Source: an uncultured Acidobacteriota bacterium
Lineage (GTDB): Bacteria; Acidobacteriota; UBA6911
Assembly: GCA_963809485.1 (NCBI GenBank)
Contig: CAWEJX010000008.1
Span: 352,001-416,000, forward strand
Length of the DNA: 64,000 nucleotides
Reading direction: 5' to 3'
The position numbers and the translations under genes are program-made. A model generated the notes under the pieces. It did not search any database and was not told the DNA's origin. It saw nothing but the letters and a program-made list of their open reading frames with translations. This document shows, in pieces, positions 50,868 to 60,652 of this stretch; the stretch's first letter is position 1, and each line of letters starts with the position of its first letter.

Positions 50868-51518
50868 CTATACCGGCATCTCGGAAACATCCGCTGGAAC
50901 AATAAGGCTCGCCTCCGTTGCTGCAATTACATTTTCTATGCTTACACCAGGCGCCGTCTCCCTGAGGGCCAAGCCCTCCTCGGTTGGCTCAATCACCGCC
51001 ATTTCCGTCACAATCAGGTTGACTCGCCGTACCGAGGTTAAGGGAAGAGTGCAATGCTTCAGTATTTTCGGTTTGCCTCTCGCAGTATGGGACATGGCGA
51101 CAATAACCCGCTTGGCTCCGGTCACCAGATCCATGGCGCCGCCCATTCCCGGCAGCATCTTGCCCGGCACCATCCAGTTCGCCAGCCGACCCTGTGCATC
51201 TACTTCCAGGCCGCCGAGAATGGTCAAATCCAGATGGCCGCCGCGGATCAAGCCGAATGAAAGGCAACTATCAATACTGGCGGCGCCTGGAATGGCACCG
51301 ACGAAGCCACCCCCGGCATCGGTGAGCGACGGCTCTTCCATTCCAACCCCCGGAACCGGCGTCATGCCGATGATGCCGTTTTCGGATTGGAAGTAGACTT
51401 CTATCCCGGGAGGCAAATACCTGGGAACCATTGTAGGCAGTCCGATACCAAGATTCACCAGACTCCCATTCCTCAATTCGCGCGCAACCCGCTTCGCAAT
51501 CAGAGCCTTATCGTCCAT
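50868..51518 (-). CDS. atoA: 3-oxoacid CoA-transferase subunit B
   Basis: VNLGIGLP, QSENG (catalytic Glu), GMGGAMDLV, CTLPLT. Confidence 0.92.
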   Translation of the reverse strand: MDDKALIAKRVARELRNGSLVNLGIGLPTMVPRYLPPGIEVYFQSENGIIGMTPVPGVGMEEPSLTDAGGGFVGAIPGAASIDSCLSFGLIRGGHLDLTILGGLEVDAQGRLANWMVPGKMLPGMGGAMDLVTGAKRVIVAMSHTARGKPKILKHCTLPLTSVRRVNLIVTEMAVIEPTEEGLALRETAPGVSIENVIAATEASLIVPADVSEMPV

Positions 51519-51522
51519 TTTT

Positions 51523-52179
51523 TTAGCCCCTCCCGATGATGTGATGAACGCAGACAAACGGGGTCGCTACCGCATCCGGGGGGATGACCCCGGTCGGGAC
51601 GATGTGTTCCGGCTCGGCGATAACCGTCCTGCCGGCTGTAGCCATAACGACATTGAAATTGCGTGCGGTCAAAGAATATTCGAGGTTGCCTCGATAATCT
51701 GAACGATGAGCAGCAATCAGCGCAAAATCGGCTGTCAACGGCTTTTCCAGCAGGTATTGTTTCCCGTCCACCTCAATCACCTGCTTCCCCTCCGCAACCA
51801 CGGTCCCGATGCCGGTCGGGGTGAGAATGCCGCCAAGCCCGAAACCTCCCGCGCGAATCCGCTCTGCCAGCGTGCCCTGCGGGCAAAGCTCTGCTTCCGT
51901 TTCGCCGGCGATCACTTGCCGCTGGGCTTCGGGATTCAAACCGATGTGAGAGGCGACAAGTTTGCGAATCATCCGGGCCGCCACCAATAGGCCGATCCCG
52001 AAATTCGGCGTGCCGGTATCATTGGCGATGACCGTGAGATCTTTCCGACCCTGGCGAACCATTTCGGCAATCATGCGATGCGGCGACCCAACCCCCATGA
52101 ACCCGCCGATCATGATCGAGGCCCCATCCGGGATCATTTCTACAGCTTCGCTACAGCTAATGAATTTGTCCATCCGCAT
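51523..52179 (-). CDS. atoD: 3-oxoacid CoA-transferase subunit A
   Basis: DGASIMIGGF, SHIGLN, PQGTLAERIRAGG, ARNFN. Confidence 0.92.
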   Translation of the reverse strand: MRMDKFISCSEAVEMIPDGASIMIGGFMGVGSPHRMIAEMVRQGRKDLTVIANDTGTPNFGIGLLVAARMIRKLVASHIGLNPEAQRQVIAGETEAELCPQGTLAERIRAGGFGLGGILTPTGIGTVVAEGKQVIEVDGKQYLLEKPLTADFALIAAHRSDYRGNLEYSLTARNFNVVMATAGRTVIAEPEHIVPTGVIPPDAVATPFVCVHHIIGRG

Positions 52180-52188
52180 CGCGCCTCT

Positions 52189-53124
52189 TTAGAACCCGAC
52201 CGCTCCCGCGCCCTTCAGTCCCAGCATTTGTCTCATGTCTTCCGGGGTAGCAATCTCCCGGTCGAATTCGCGCGCCAGACGCACGATTTTTTCGACAAGT
52301 TGTGCGTTGGTGCAGAGCTTCCCTTTGCCGATGAAAATGTTATCCTCGAGCCCAACGCGCACGTGCCCACCCATCATAATTGCCATGGCGGCAAGATTGA
52401 TCTCGGCGGGAAAGCCAACGCCGATAACCGACCACTGGTAATTCTCGCTGCCGAAAAGCCGGTCGGCGGTTTGCTTCATCACGATCAAGTCTTCTATATT
52501 CGCCGCCAGCCCGCCCAGCACTCCCAGAACAAACTGAATCCAAAAGGGAGGTTTCACGATGCCGCTCTTCATCATGAAGCGGAGATTGTACAGGTGACCT
52601 ACGTCATAGGCTTCGAATTCAGGACGCACATTGTTTTCGGCAAAAGTGCTGGCATAGGTCTCCATATCGCCGAATGTATTTCGAAATATGAAATCCTTCG
52701 TCCCTTCGGCATACGACTGTTCCCAATCGTACTTGTAGTCCCCGGCCTTGTATCTCCTCGCCACCGGATGAATGGAAAAATTGATGCTTCCGAGGTTGAA
52801 CGATGCCAATTCGGGGCGATAGCGTGGAATGACGCGCAGCCTGTCCTGAGGCGACATGCCCATGCCTCCCCCGGTTGTAACCCCGACCACGACGTTGCTG
52901 CCGGCCTTGATTCCCTTCAGGATCGGCCCGAAGAGATCGGGATCGGAAAGCGGGCGCCCGTTCACAGGGTCGCGCGCATGCACGTGAACTGCGGCAGCGC
53001 CCGCTTGACCGCATGCGATCGCATCCGCGATGAGGTGCTCCGGCGTGAACGGCAAGTGAGGCGTCTGGGTTGGAATTGTGATTGCGCCCGTTAGTGCGGA
53101 CGTGATGATTAGCTTGTCGGCCAT
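52189..53124 (-). CDS. Beta-keto acid cleavage enzyme (BKACE/DUF849), probable triacetate acetoacetate-lyase
   Basis: IITSALTG, P.LP.TP, VHVHARDP, PEFEAYD, GGHVRVGLEDN. Confidence 0.9.
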   Translation of the reverse strand: MADKLIITSALTGAITIPTQTPHLPFTPEHLIADAIACGQAGAAAVHVHARDPVNGRPLSDPDLFGPILKGIKAGSNVVVGVTTGGGMGMSPQDRLRVIPRYRPELASFNLGSINFSIHPVARRYKAGDYKYDWEQSYAEGTKDFIFRNTFGDMETYASTFAENNVRPEFEAYDVGHLYNLRFMMKSGIVKPPFWIQFVLGVLGGLAANIEDLIVMKQTADRLFGSENYQWSVIGVGFPAEINLAAMAIMMGGHVRVGLEDNIFIGKGKLCTNAQLVEKIVRLAREFDREIATPEDMRQMLGLKGAGAVGF

Positions 53125-53198
53125 GGCTGCTCCTCTAATCTAAGCAATCTGTTTGTCTGCCGAGAAATCTTTCCGGACGGATCTTGGAAGCTGTAAAG

Positions 53199-53582
53199 CT
53201 ATTTTGCGCGCTTTGCGATGAACTCCTCTGCTCCATAGCTGCCCACCTGTCGGGAGCCATGGATCTCATCACCCGAAACTTTGCCCTTGTACTCGGCTCT
53301 GAGCTCTTGGCCCTGCACTTTCAATGTTTCGACAAATGATATTTGATCACCCTTCACAGAACCTTCGGTTATAGCGGATTCACTGGACCCGCCTTGCATC
53401 GACATCACGGCCTTTCCTGTGAGCTTTTCTCCCTCGACCATAAATTCGAAGGTGTAGTTCATCACACCAATCCCGGTCTGTATCGCGGTGGTCCATTTGC
53501 CCGAAATATCGGCGGCAAAGGCCGGAACCAGACAGAGAAGCGCAACAGAGACAAACAGCAGAACTTTTGCCCATTTCATCAT
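53199..53582 (-). CDS. Small exported beta-rich protein
   Basis: AAGGAG RBS; signal peptide ending AFA, then ADISGKW. Confidence 0.85.
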   Translation of the reverse strand: MMKWAKVLLFVSVALLCLVPAFAADISGKWTTAIQTGIGVMNYTFEFMVEGEKLTGKAVMSMQGGSSESAITEGSVKGDQISFVETLKVQGQELRAEYKGKVSGDEIHGSRQVGSYGAEEFIAKRAK

Positions 53583-53610
53583 AGGGTCTCCTTTTTAAGG
53601 GTAGTGCCAA

Positions 53611-53646
53611 TACCACGATATGGTATTTAAATACCATATCGTGGTA
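53611..53646. promoter_or_regulatory. Perfect 36-bp palindrome, probable IclR-type double operator
   Basis: TACCACGATATGGTA-TTTAAA-TACCATATCGTGGTA, centred between the divergent starts. Confidence 0.75.
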
Positions 53647-53674
53647 CACTGCGGCAACAACAAAGGAGGCCCTA

Positions 53675-54013
53675 ATGAAAAAGGTGGAATTGCAGGACGC
53701 AAAACCCTATGCCCCACCCAAGCATTTCAACATGACGGCCTTGAGGCTGCATGGAAAGGAGGAGACCGGAACCCAGCAGTACTGGATGGGGCTCTCTCAT
53801 TTTCTTCCCAATGGAGGCGCGGAGATGGACGCGACTCCAACGGAAAAACTTTATTTTGTGCTCGAAGGAGAGGTCACGGTCACCGCTCCGGACAAGCAAA
53901 CATACGTGCTGAAGCCCTGGGACTCCCTTTATGTCGGCCCTAATGAAGCCAGGGCGATCATCAACAATACGAACAAACCGGCAAGCATGCTTGTGATTAT
54001 CACATACACGTAA
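53675..54013 (+). CDS. Cupin domain protein
   Basis: SHFLPNGGA, EKLYFVLEGEV, DSLYVGPNEAR.I.N. Confidence 0.88.
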   Translation: MKKVELQDAKPYAPPKHFNMTALRLHGKEETGTQQYWMGLSHFLPNGGAEMDATPTEKLYFVLEGEVTVTAPDKQTYVLKPWDSLYVGPNEARAIINNTNKPASMLVIITYT

Positions 54014-54018
54014 TCGGG

Positions 54019-54837
54019 ATGGATCCCGCGAAAGGCGGTGCATCAATGGAATCACGCGTTGATTTGAACTATGTCCGAAACATGTTCAGTCTCGCAGGCA
54101 AAGTGGCGATCGTGACCGGCGGAGCGGGAGCCCTGGGACAGGCGATCGCGCAAGGTTTGGCGGTATATGGAGCTGACGTTATAGTCACCGGCCGCACCTT
54201 GAAGACGCTGGAGCCGGTTGTAAAAGACATCGAGGCTGCCGGCCGAAAAGCCTTGGCTCTGAGCTGCGACGTCGCTGTTGAAAAAGATGTCGAAGCCCTG
54301 ATGAGGGAGACTTTGAAAGCATTCGGTACGGTGGATATCCTGGTCACGGTTGCCGGGATTGCGAAGCGCTTCCCCGCCGAGGAATTTCCGATCGATGACT
54401 GGCAGCAGGTCATGGACATCAATGTCCGAGGGACCTTCCTCTGCTGTAAACACGCAGCGAAAACTTTCAAAGAGAAGAAAAAAGGCAAAATTATCACCAT
54501 CTCATCCGTGCGCGCTTTTGCAGGCCATCCCGGCGGGTATGCCGCCTATGGCACCAGCAAAGGTGCCGTGAATCTCCTGACAAAGCAGCTGGCGACGGAG
54601 TGGGCAAAATACAATATCAATGTTAACTCGATTGCTCCCTGCATCTTCTGGACGCCTCTCACGCAGGAAGTTCTGGAGAACGAGCAGCTATACAAGGTTT
54701 TTATGTCCAGGATTCCCATGGGGAGGGCGGCGCTGACTCAGGATTCTGTTGGTGCAGCCGTTTATCTTGCGTCCCCGGCCTCGGATTTCGTCACCGGGCA
54801 AGTCCTCTATGTGGACGGCGGCACAGTCGCAGGATAG
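54019..54837 (+). CDS. SDR oxidoreductase, probable phloroglucinol reductase
   Basis: TGGAGALG, SS, YGTSK, NSIAP. The specific function is inferred from gene context. Confidence 0.85.
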   Translation: MDPAKGGASMESRVDLNYVRNMFSLAGKVAIVTGGAGALGQAIAQGLAVYGADVIVTGRTLKTLEPVVKDIEAAGRKALALSCDVAVEKDVEALMRETLKAFGTVDILVTVAGIAKRFPAEEFPIDDWQQVMDINVRGTFLCCKHAAKTFKEKKKGKIITISSVRAFAGHPGGYAAYGTSKGAVNLLTKQLATEWAKYNINVNSIAPCIFWTPLTQEVLENEQLYKVFMSRIPMGRAALTQDSVGAAVYLASPASDFVTGQVLYVDGGTVAG

Positions 54838-54864
54838 AAACCATTTAAGATTGGAGACCCTGAA

Positions 54865-55665
54865 ATGAGCAACATGAAATTGGTGGACCTCAGTCATCCC
54901 TTTGGCCCTGGCTGTCCCCTGTGGCCATACTTCGAGGACGTCAAGGTTGAGCGAATGCATTATCACGCCAAATCCGGCGTTCTCTCGCAGAAGATCACTA
55001 CCGTGATGCACTGCACGACACACGCCGACTCGCCGGGACACGTGGTCGAGGGGCTCCGATTCACGCATGAATTGCCGTTGGATCTCTACTACGGGACGGG
55101 CGTTGTAGTGGATATTCCGAAAAAAAAATGGGAATTGATTACGGCCGAAGACCTGGAAAAGGCAACGCCCAAGATTGAGAAGGGCGATATCGTCATTGTC
55201 CACACCGGCTGGAATAAATATTGGGGAGACAATAAGGAGTACTTCTGCTACTCCCCCGGTCTGGGACGCGAAGCGGGTGAATGGTTTGTCGCCAAGGGAG
55301 TGAAAGCCGTAGGTGTAGACCAGCAGGCTTTGGATCATCCCCTGCATACAGCGATTGGTCCGCACGGACCCGGTCCCATCATGCCGTCACTCAGTGAAGA
55401 ATACAAACAGATGACAGGACGCGACGTGCTGGCGGATTTCCCCGAATGGGAACCCTGTCACAACCTTCTCCTTAGAAATGGCATTATGGGTTGGGAGAAC
55501 GTAGGCGGCGATATCGCGATGGTTGTCGGGAAACGCGTCACGATCATGGGACTTCCGTTGCGATGGTATATGGGAGACGGATCCATAGTCCGGATGGCGG
55601 CGTTGATCGACGAGAAGGACATCAATCCCGTTCCTCCCAGAGTCTATAAATACGGCGTGGTATAG
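54865..55665 (+). CDS. Cyclase family metal hydrolase, probable dihydrophloroglucinol cyclohydrolase
   Basis: VDLSHP, HCTTHADSPGH, GVD...DHP, H..LL..GI.GWEN. Confidence 0.87.
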   Translation: MSNMKLVDLSHPFGPGCPLWPYFEDVKVERMHYHAKSGVLSQKITTVMHCTTHADSPGHVVEGLRFTHELPLDLYYGTGVVVDIPKKKWELITAEDLEKATPKIEKGDIVIVHTGWNKYWGDNKEYFCYSPGLGREAGEWFVAKGVKAVGVDQQALDHPLHTAIGPHGPGPIMPSLSEEYKQMTGRDVLADFPEWEPCHNLLLRNGIMGWENVGGDIAMVVGKRVTIMGLPLRWYMGDGSIVRMAALIDEKDINPVPPRVYKYGVV

Positions 55666-55673
55666 GACAGGAG

Positions 55674-56588
55674 ATGCTGGAATATATGGAAAAAATTGCG
55701 GTGATCGGCGCCGGGCTGATGGGACACGGCATCGCGCAGGTTTTTGCGGTGATTGGGCACGAGGTCGCCATCCACGATCCTTTCCCGGAAGTGCTGGCAC
55801 GAGTTCCCGAGCGGGTGCGTGCAAACCTGGAAAGCCTTGGCCTCGATCAATCCAGTGTCGAGAGAATATCGCTGCACGGCACAATCAAATCCGCGATAGA
55901 AAAAGCCGACATTGTTTTCGAGGCTGCGCCCGAGAACCTTGCAGTGAAGCAGGATCTCTTCGCAAAGTTATCGGCCTCCACACAGGCCGGCTGCATCCTG
56001 GCCAGCAATACCTCGGTCATTCCAATTGGAGAGATCGCTGCCCGTGCTGGAGACCCGGGACGCATCCTGGGCACGCACTGGTGGAATCCTCCGTATTTGA
56101 TACCGCTGGTCGAAGTCGTCCAGGCTCCTCGCACGGAATCGGTCTATATAGAAAAGTGCATCAATCTGCTAAGGCGGGCGGGAAAGATCGCGGTCCACGT
56201 CAAACGCGATGTGCCGGGCTTTGTCGGCAACCGTCTGCAGCACGCGCTTTGGAGAGAAGCCATTTCCATCGTGGAAACCGGAATTTGCGATGCCGAGACG
56301 GTCGATCTCGTGGTGAAAAACAGCTTTGGGATGCGGTTGCCCGTGTTGGGACCTTTGGAGAATGCGGATCTCGTGGGGCTGGACTTGACTCTGGCCATTC
56401 ACGATGTAATCCTTCGCCATTTGGAAGCCTCGCCTGAACCCAGCCCGTTGTTGGCACGCTATGCAGGGCAACATCGACTGGGAATGAAAACGGGTCGAGG
56501 ATTCTACGAATGGACGCCAGAGACGGCGCAGGGTGTCCGTGATCGTCTGATGCGGTACCTGCGAGGGGTGATACAAAAGGAAAAGTAA
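55674..56588 (+). CDS. 3-hydroxyacyl-CoA dehydrogenase family protein, probable 3-hydroxy-5-oxohexanoate dehydrogenase
   Basis: GAGLMGHG, EAAPE, SNTS, HWWNPP, PGFVGNRLQ. Confidence 0.88.
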   Translation: MLEYMEKIAVIGAGLMGHGIAQVFAVIGHEVAIHDPFPEVLARVPERVRANLESLGLDQSSVERISLHGTIKSAIEKADIVFEAAPENLAVKQDLFAKLSASTQAGCILASNTSVIPIGEIAARAGDPGRILGTHWWNPPYLIPLVEVVQAPRTESVYIEKCINLLRRAGKIAVHVKRDVPGFVGNRLQHALWREAISIVETGICDAETVDLVVKNSFGMRLPVLGPLENADLVGLDLTLAIHDVILRHLEASPEPSPLLARYAGQHRLGMKTGRGFYEWTPETAQGVRDRLMRYLRGVIQKEK

Positions 56589-56589
56589 G

Positions 56590-57378
56590 TTGGTGATCAA
56601 GCGTTCGAAAAGAAATCCGGGAATTCGGGAGCGGAACGGGATTCAGGTAGTCGCTCGCGCTGCGGAAATCCTGCGGGCTCTCGAAGGAAGCGATGGCATG
56701 AGTCTCGGCCAGCTTGCCGGACGGGTCGGCTTGCCCAAATCGACGGTGCAACGGATCATCGCTGCGCTTGATTTCGAGAATTTTGTAGTCTCAGTGTTTC
56801 CTGACAAGCGCCTGCGGCTTGGCCCGGGATTGGTCAGGATTGCCCGTTCCATCCGTTTTCCTATCGCCGAAACCGCCCGGCCCTATCTTCGGGAGCTTTC
56901 CGAGAAAACGGGAGAGACCGTCGACCTCGCAGTTCTGGATGGGGATAAGGCAGTTTTTGTGGATCAAATCCCGGGGACGCACCGCCTTCGCGCCGTGTCC
57001 GCCATTGGAGTCTCATTCCCGTTGCATTGCACGGCAAACGGTAAGGCAATGTTGGCCGCGCTTGATGATGAGGGATTAGGCCGGCTGAAAAAGCGCATTC
57101 GTCTGACTGCTTTCACTGAGAACTCCATTCAATCCTGGGAAAAGCTTAAGCGTGAACTTCTCGAAATCCGGGAAACCGGATTCGCCTACGACAGGGAGGA
57201 ACACTCGATCGGGATCTCGGCCGTTGGAACTGCCGTCATCGGCTTTGACGGAGATCTTGCCGCAATCACGATTCCGACACCGACGGTGAGGTTTTTGAAA
57301 AAGGCGCCCGAATTGGCAAAAGCACTTAAGTTTTGCCGTGATAAGGTTGATAGAATTCTGGGCGGGCATCATCGATAG
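56590..57378 (+). CDS. IclR family transcriptional regulator
   Basis: IQVVARA, GLPKSTVQR, TGETVDL, HCTANGKA, DREEH..GI. Confidence 0.93.
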   Translation: MVIKRSKRNPGIRERNGIQVVARAAEILRALEGSDGMSLGQLAGRVGLPKSTVQRIIAALDFENFVVSVFPDKRLRLGPGLVRIARSIRFPIAETARPYLRELSEKTGETVDLAVLDGDKAVFVDQIPGTHRLRAVSAIGVSFPLHCTANGKAMLAALDDEGLGRLKKRIRLTAFTENSIQSWEKLKRELLEIRETGFAYDREEHSIGISAVGTAVIGFDGDLAAITIPTPTVRFLKKAPELAKALKFCRDKVDRILGGHHR

Positions 57379-57546
57379 AGTAGAAGAGCCGAGGCCCCCC
57401 GGGACCTTTTCAGAATCTTTGCCTTGAAGGCACAAAAACTCCTGTGACCCAATTTTCGAATACCGATCGCGCTTTTACAATTCGTTTCTGTATCAATTTT
57501 GCATCATCGGCAAGCAATCCATGCACGGACGAAGGAGAACTGACGA

Positions 57547-59139
57547 ATGGCAACAGCGCAACAGCAGATAGTTGAATCAGCCGGCGGCCAAAAACGGATC
57601 CTGTGGGGGCTGGTTGCCGTATTCCTGACCTACTTTGCTCACGGCTACTTCATCCAAATCCTGATGCCTGCCTTGCCCAAAATAGCGGCCGACCTGGATG
57701 GGATGCCCTGGTACTCCTGGGGCATCTCGATACCACATCTGGGACAGGCCTTTGCGATGCTTCTGGTGGGCAAACTGTCCGACATGTATGGACGGCGCGC
57801 CCTGTTGCTGGTATCCCTGGCCATCTGCCTGTTGGGTACGGTCTGGAGTGCCCTCAGCGCGACATTCATGATTTTTATTATCGCCCGTACGGTTCTCTGC
57901 ATCGGGCAGGGGGCGTTGGCGCCGCTGGTTTTCTCGGTGCTGGGCGATATGTTCGAGCCGGTGGAGCGAAGCAAATGGGCCGGTCTTCTCAATATCCCGG
58001 CCGGTATCTTCGCTTTTATCGGCCCCACCCTGGGCGGATGGTTTGTGGACAATCTCAGCTGGCGCTATATCTTCTGGTGTGGAGCGCCGCTGCTGATTAT
58101 CTGCCTGGCGGCGGTGCTGTTCGGCCTGACCGGACGGACCCTGCATTCGGCTCCCAAAATAGATTCCCGCGGTGCCCTATCCGCCGCCATCGCTTCATCG
58201 GCCATGATCCTTGCATTTTCATTGGCCGGGACATTGTATCCCTGGCTATCGATCCAGGTGATCGGATTGTTGGTCGGATCCATTGTTTTTTGGGTGCTTT
58301 TCATAAAAACTGAGGCCGGCGCGGAGCAACCGATCCTGGATCTCGAGGTGCTCAAGAACAGGTCGGTTGTCACTGTGTCGTCCGCGTGTGTGCTATCCGC
58401 CATCGGGATGATAGGGATAGGGATTTATTTCCCGCTCATGATGCAGGGCGTTCAAGGCATCAGCGCAACACTGACCGGAAAAATAATAACTCCCGGCGGT
58501 ATTCTCATGGGTTTTCTCGGCGTTCCCGCGGGTTTCATACTCGCGCGCACGAAACGCTATAAATGGATGTATATCCTGGGCTACGGCCTCGCGACGGCTG
58601 CAGCGTGCCTTCTGGTCTTCTTCAATGCAGCGACTCCCGTGTTTGCGGCAGTGGTCGTCAATGTTGTCAGCGGCTTCGGAATAGGAGCCATACCGACTCT
58701 CAATTCGCTTGTTGTTCAATATGCGGTGCCCAGAAGGCTCCTGGGCGTGGCAACCAGTGCTCTGTTCTTCTTCGTGATGATTGGACAGTCGATTGCCCCT
58801 GCAATTCTCGGCTCGGCTATGAATACCCGCTACAACAGTGTGCTAAAGGAGACGCTCCCGGCTGAATTGTCTCAACTGACGACTGAGGCGACCATGACTT
58901 CCCTGGGCAACCCTCGCGTGCTTCTGTCGCAACCGGCAATGGAGGCGCTCCGGAAGACTCTCGATAACAGGCGGGAAGTTATGGATCAAACGGTTTCCGC
59001 CATCCGGACATCTATGGAATCCAGCCTGAGGTTTGTTTTTATCATCGGGTCCGTATGCATGCTGCTCGCATTTCTGACCATATGCACCATTCCGGAAATT
59101 TCCATCGATGCCAAGGTGGAGGAAAAGAAACCTGTTTGA
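57547..59139 (+). CDS. MFS transporter, DHA2 (14-TMS) type
   Basis: ALPKIAADL, GKLSDMYGRR, GPTLGG, WRYIF. Confidence 0.9.
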   Translation: MATAQQQIVESAGGQKRILWGLVAVFLTYFAHGYFIQILMPALPKIAADLDGMPWYSWGISIPHLGQAFAMLLVGKLSDMYGRRALLLVSLAICLLGTVWSALSATFMIFIIARTVLCIGQGALAPLVFSVLGDMFEPVERSKWAGLLNIPAGIFAFIGPTLGGWFVDNLSWRYIFWCGAPLLIICLAAVLFGLTGRTLHSAPKIDSRGALSAAIASSAMILAFSLAGTLYPWLSIQVIGLLVGSIVFWVLFIKTEAGAEQPILDLEVLKNRSVVTVSSACVLSAIGMIGIGIYFPLMMQGVQGISATLTGKIITPGGILMGFLGVPAGFILARTKRYKWMYILGYGLATAAACLLVFFNAATPVFAAVVVNVVSGFGIGAIPTLNSLVVQYAVPRRLLGVATSALFFFVMIGQSIAPAILGSAMNTRYNSVLKETLPAELSQLTTEATMTSLGNPRVLLSQPAMEALRKTLDNRREVMDQTVSAIRTSMESSLRFVFIIGSVCMLLAFLTICTIPEISIDAKVEEKKPV

Positions 59140-59380
59140 GCGACAGCAACCGCGTGGCGATGTGCGTCAGCCCGACGCCGGACACAAGCCCAATGCCGAA
59201 CGCAGAGTTGCTCAGGGGCCTCAATGCCCTATCGAATGGCGTCGGACGCCGGAAGTGGAAGCCCGGTAAACAGAGGTTAATGGATCGGCAACAACAAGGA
59301 CGGTCTGATTGCCAGGCCACCCCGCCTGACGTGCACATTCTTTGTTACAGCGCCCTTAATCCCAAATTCGCATCATTTTT

Positions 59381-60652
59381 CTAAGGCAATTCAACCCCTT
59401 GAGCAATGAGCCTTTTCTGAAGGGCCTTGGTATCAACTTTCCGCAGCGGCACGCTGTTCCTGACAGCCAGAGCGGCGGCTGTCCCCGCGGCCTGACCCAT
59501 CTGGATGCAGTGTGGAATGACGTTGAACATGGTATTGGCAGCTTGATCGGATGAAAAACAGCGTCCGGCAGCGAGAAGTCCATCCAGCTTGACTGGCACA
59601 AGGCAACGGTACGGCATTCCGACGTTCTTGGGCTCGCTGCCTCCGGGCCAGCTAAGCGGAACGCCCTGCGGGAACATCAACACGGTGTCATCGAATTTCT
59701 TGCCAGAACGCGCTTCCTCGCCGGTTAACACATATTCGCCGACCAGACGACGGCTGCCGCGGGTTCCAGTCTGCGATGCACTATCGTATAGATAGCTGCT
59801 TTCGAAGCCGGGCACATTCTTCTTATAGTAGGAATAAACCGGTAGCATTGCCTTACGCACATTAACGTCGACCCAGGTAAGGTCCTCAACGTTGATACAG
59901 CTCTTGCCGGGTATAAAGCTGTTAACCCAGAAAACATCTTTACGCTGGGCGGCTACCGGCACCAAAGGGAATCCGGCTAGTTTGAACGCTTCGTTTCTCA
60001 TTTCTTCCCACTTCCCCGGCTGCGCCGCGCGGAAATCGGCAAATTTATCAAAATCAATTCCCCCGATTCGGAAAACCATGGCCAGATCGGATGATCGGTA
60101 TCTTTTGTCCAGTGAAGCATCAAATTCCGCGCCGGAGAAAGCGAACACATCTCCATCACCGGTGGCATCAATGATAACTTTTCCCAGGATTGCCTGACGC
60201 CCGGACTTACTTTCGAAAATAACGCCTTTGACGGTGTTCTCTTCAACAATTGCCGCCGTGCTCCAGGAATGAAGAAGCTGCTTTACGCCGGCATCGAGAG
60301 CCATATCGTTCAGGATGCACTTCAGGAGCTCGGGGTCGACCATGAGGGCACGTCTTAAAACCCCTGGCTCTTTGGTTTTAGAGAGATCGTGCGCGCCGCC
60401 CACTTCATTCAGCCGGTCCAACCATTCCTGACATTGGCCTGCAGGGTACTGGTTAATCATCAGAACCAAACCACCCGTGGCCATGCCGCCAAGGCAGCCA
60501 TACCTTTCCATCAAAATCGTGTCCGCGCCTTCGCGCGCCGCCGCAATAGCCGCAGTAACACCTGCCGGTCCAGCTCCCACCACGACAACGTCCGCCTCTG
60601 CAAAGACATTCGTTTCCCGCGCAGCTTCGAAAATTGTTTTTAAATTGGCCAT
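59381..60652 (-). CDS. FAD-dependent oxidoreductase (cytoplasmic paralog of 43817..45319)
   Basis: DVVVVGAGPAG, LGGMATGG, FESKSGRQA, IDATGDGD, PYRCLVP, IPHC. Confidence 0.92.
   Translation of the reverse strand: MANLKTIFEAARETNVFAEADVVVVGAGPAGVTAAIAAAREGADTILMERYGCLGGMATGGLVLMINQYPAGQCQEWLDRLNEVGGAHDLSKTKEPGVLRRALMVDPELLKCILNDMALDAGVKQLLHSWSTAAIVEENTVKGVIFESKSGRQAILGKVIIDATGDGDVFAFSGAEFDASLDKRYRSSDLAMVFRIGGIDFDKFADFRAAQPGKWEEMRNEAFKLAGFPLVPVAAQRKDVFWVNSFIPGKSCINVEDLTWVDVNVRKAMLPVYSYYKKNVPGFESSYLYDSASQTGTRGSRRLVGEYVLTGEEARSGKKFDDTVLMFPQGVPLSWPGGSEPKNVGMPYRCLVPVKLDGLLAAGRCFSSDQAANTMFNVIPHCIQMGQAAGTAAALAVRNSVPLRKVDTKALQKRLIAQGVELP

Noticed and set aside
53380-53943. ORFs on both strands containing MVFKYHIVV
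   Set aside because: Artefact of the 36-bp palindrome; both overlap better-supported genes.
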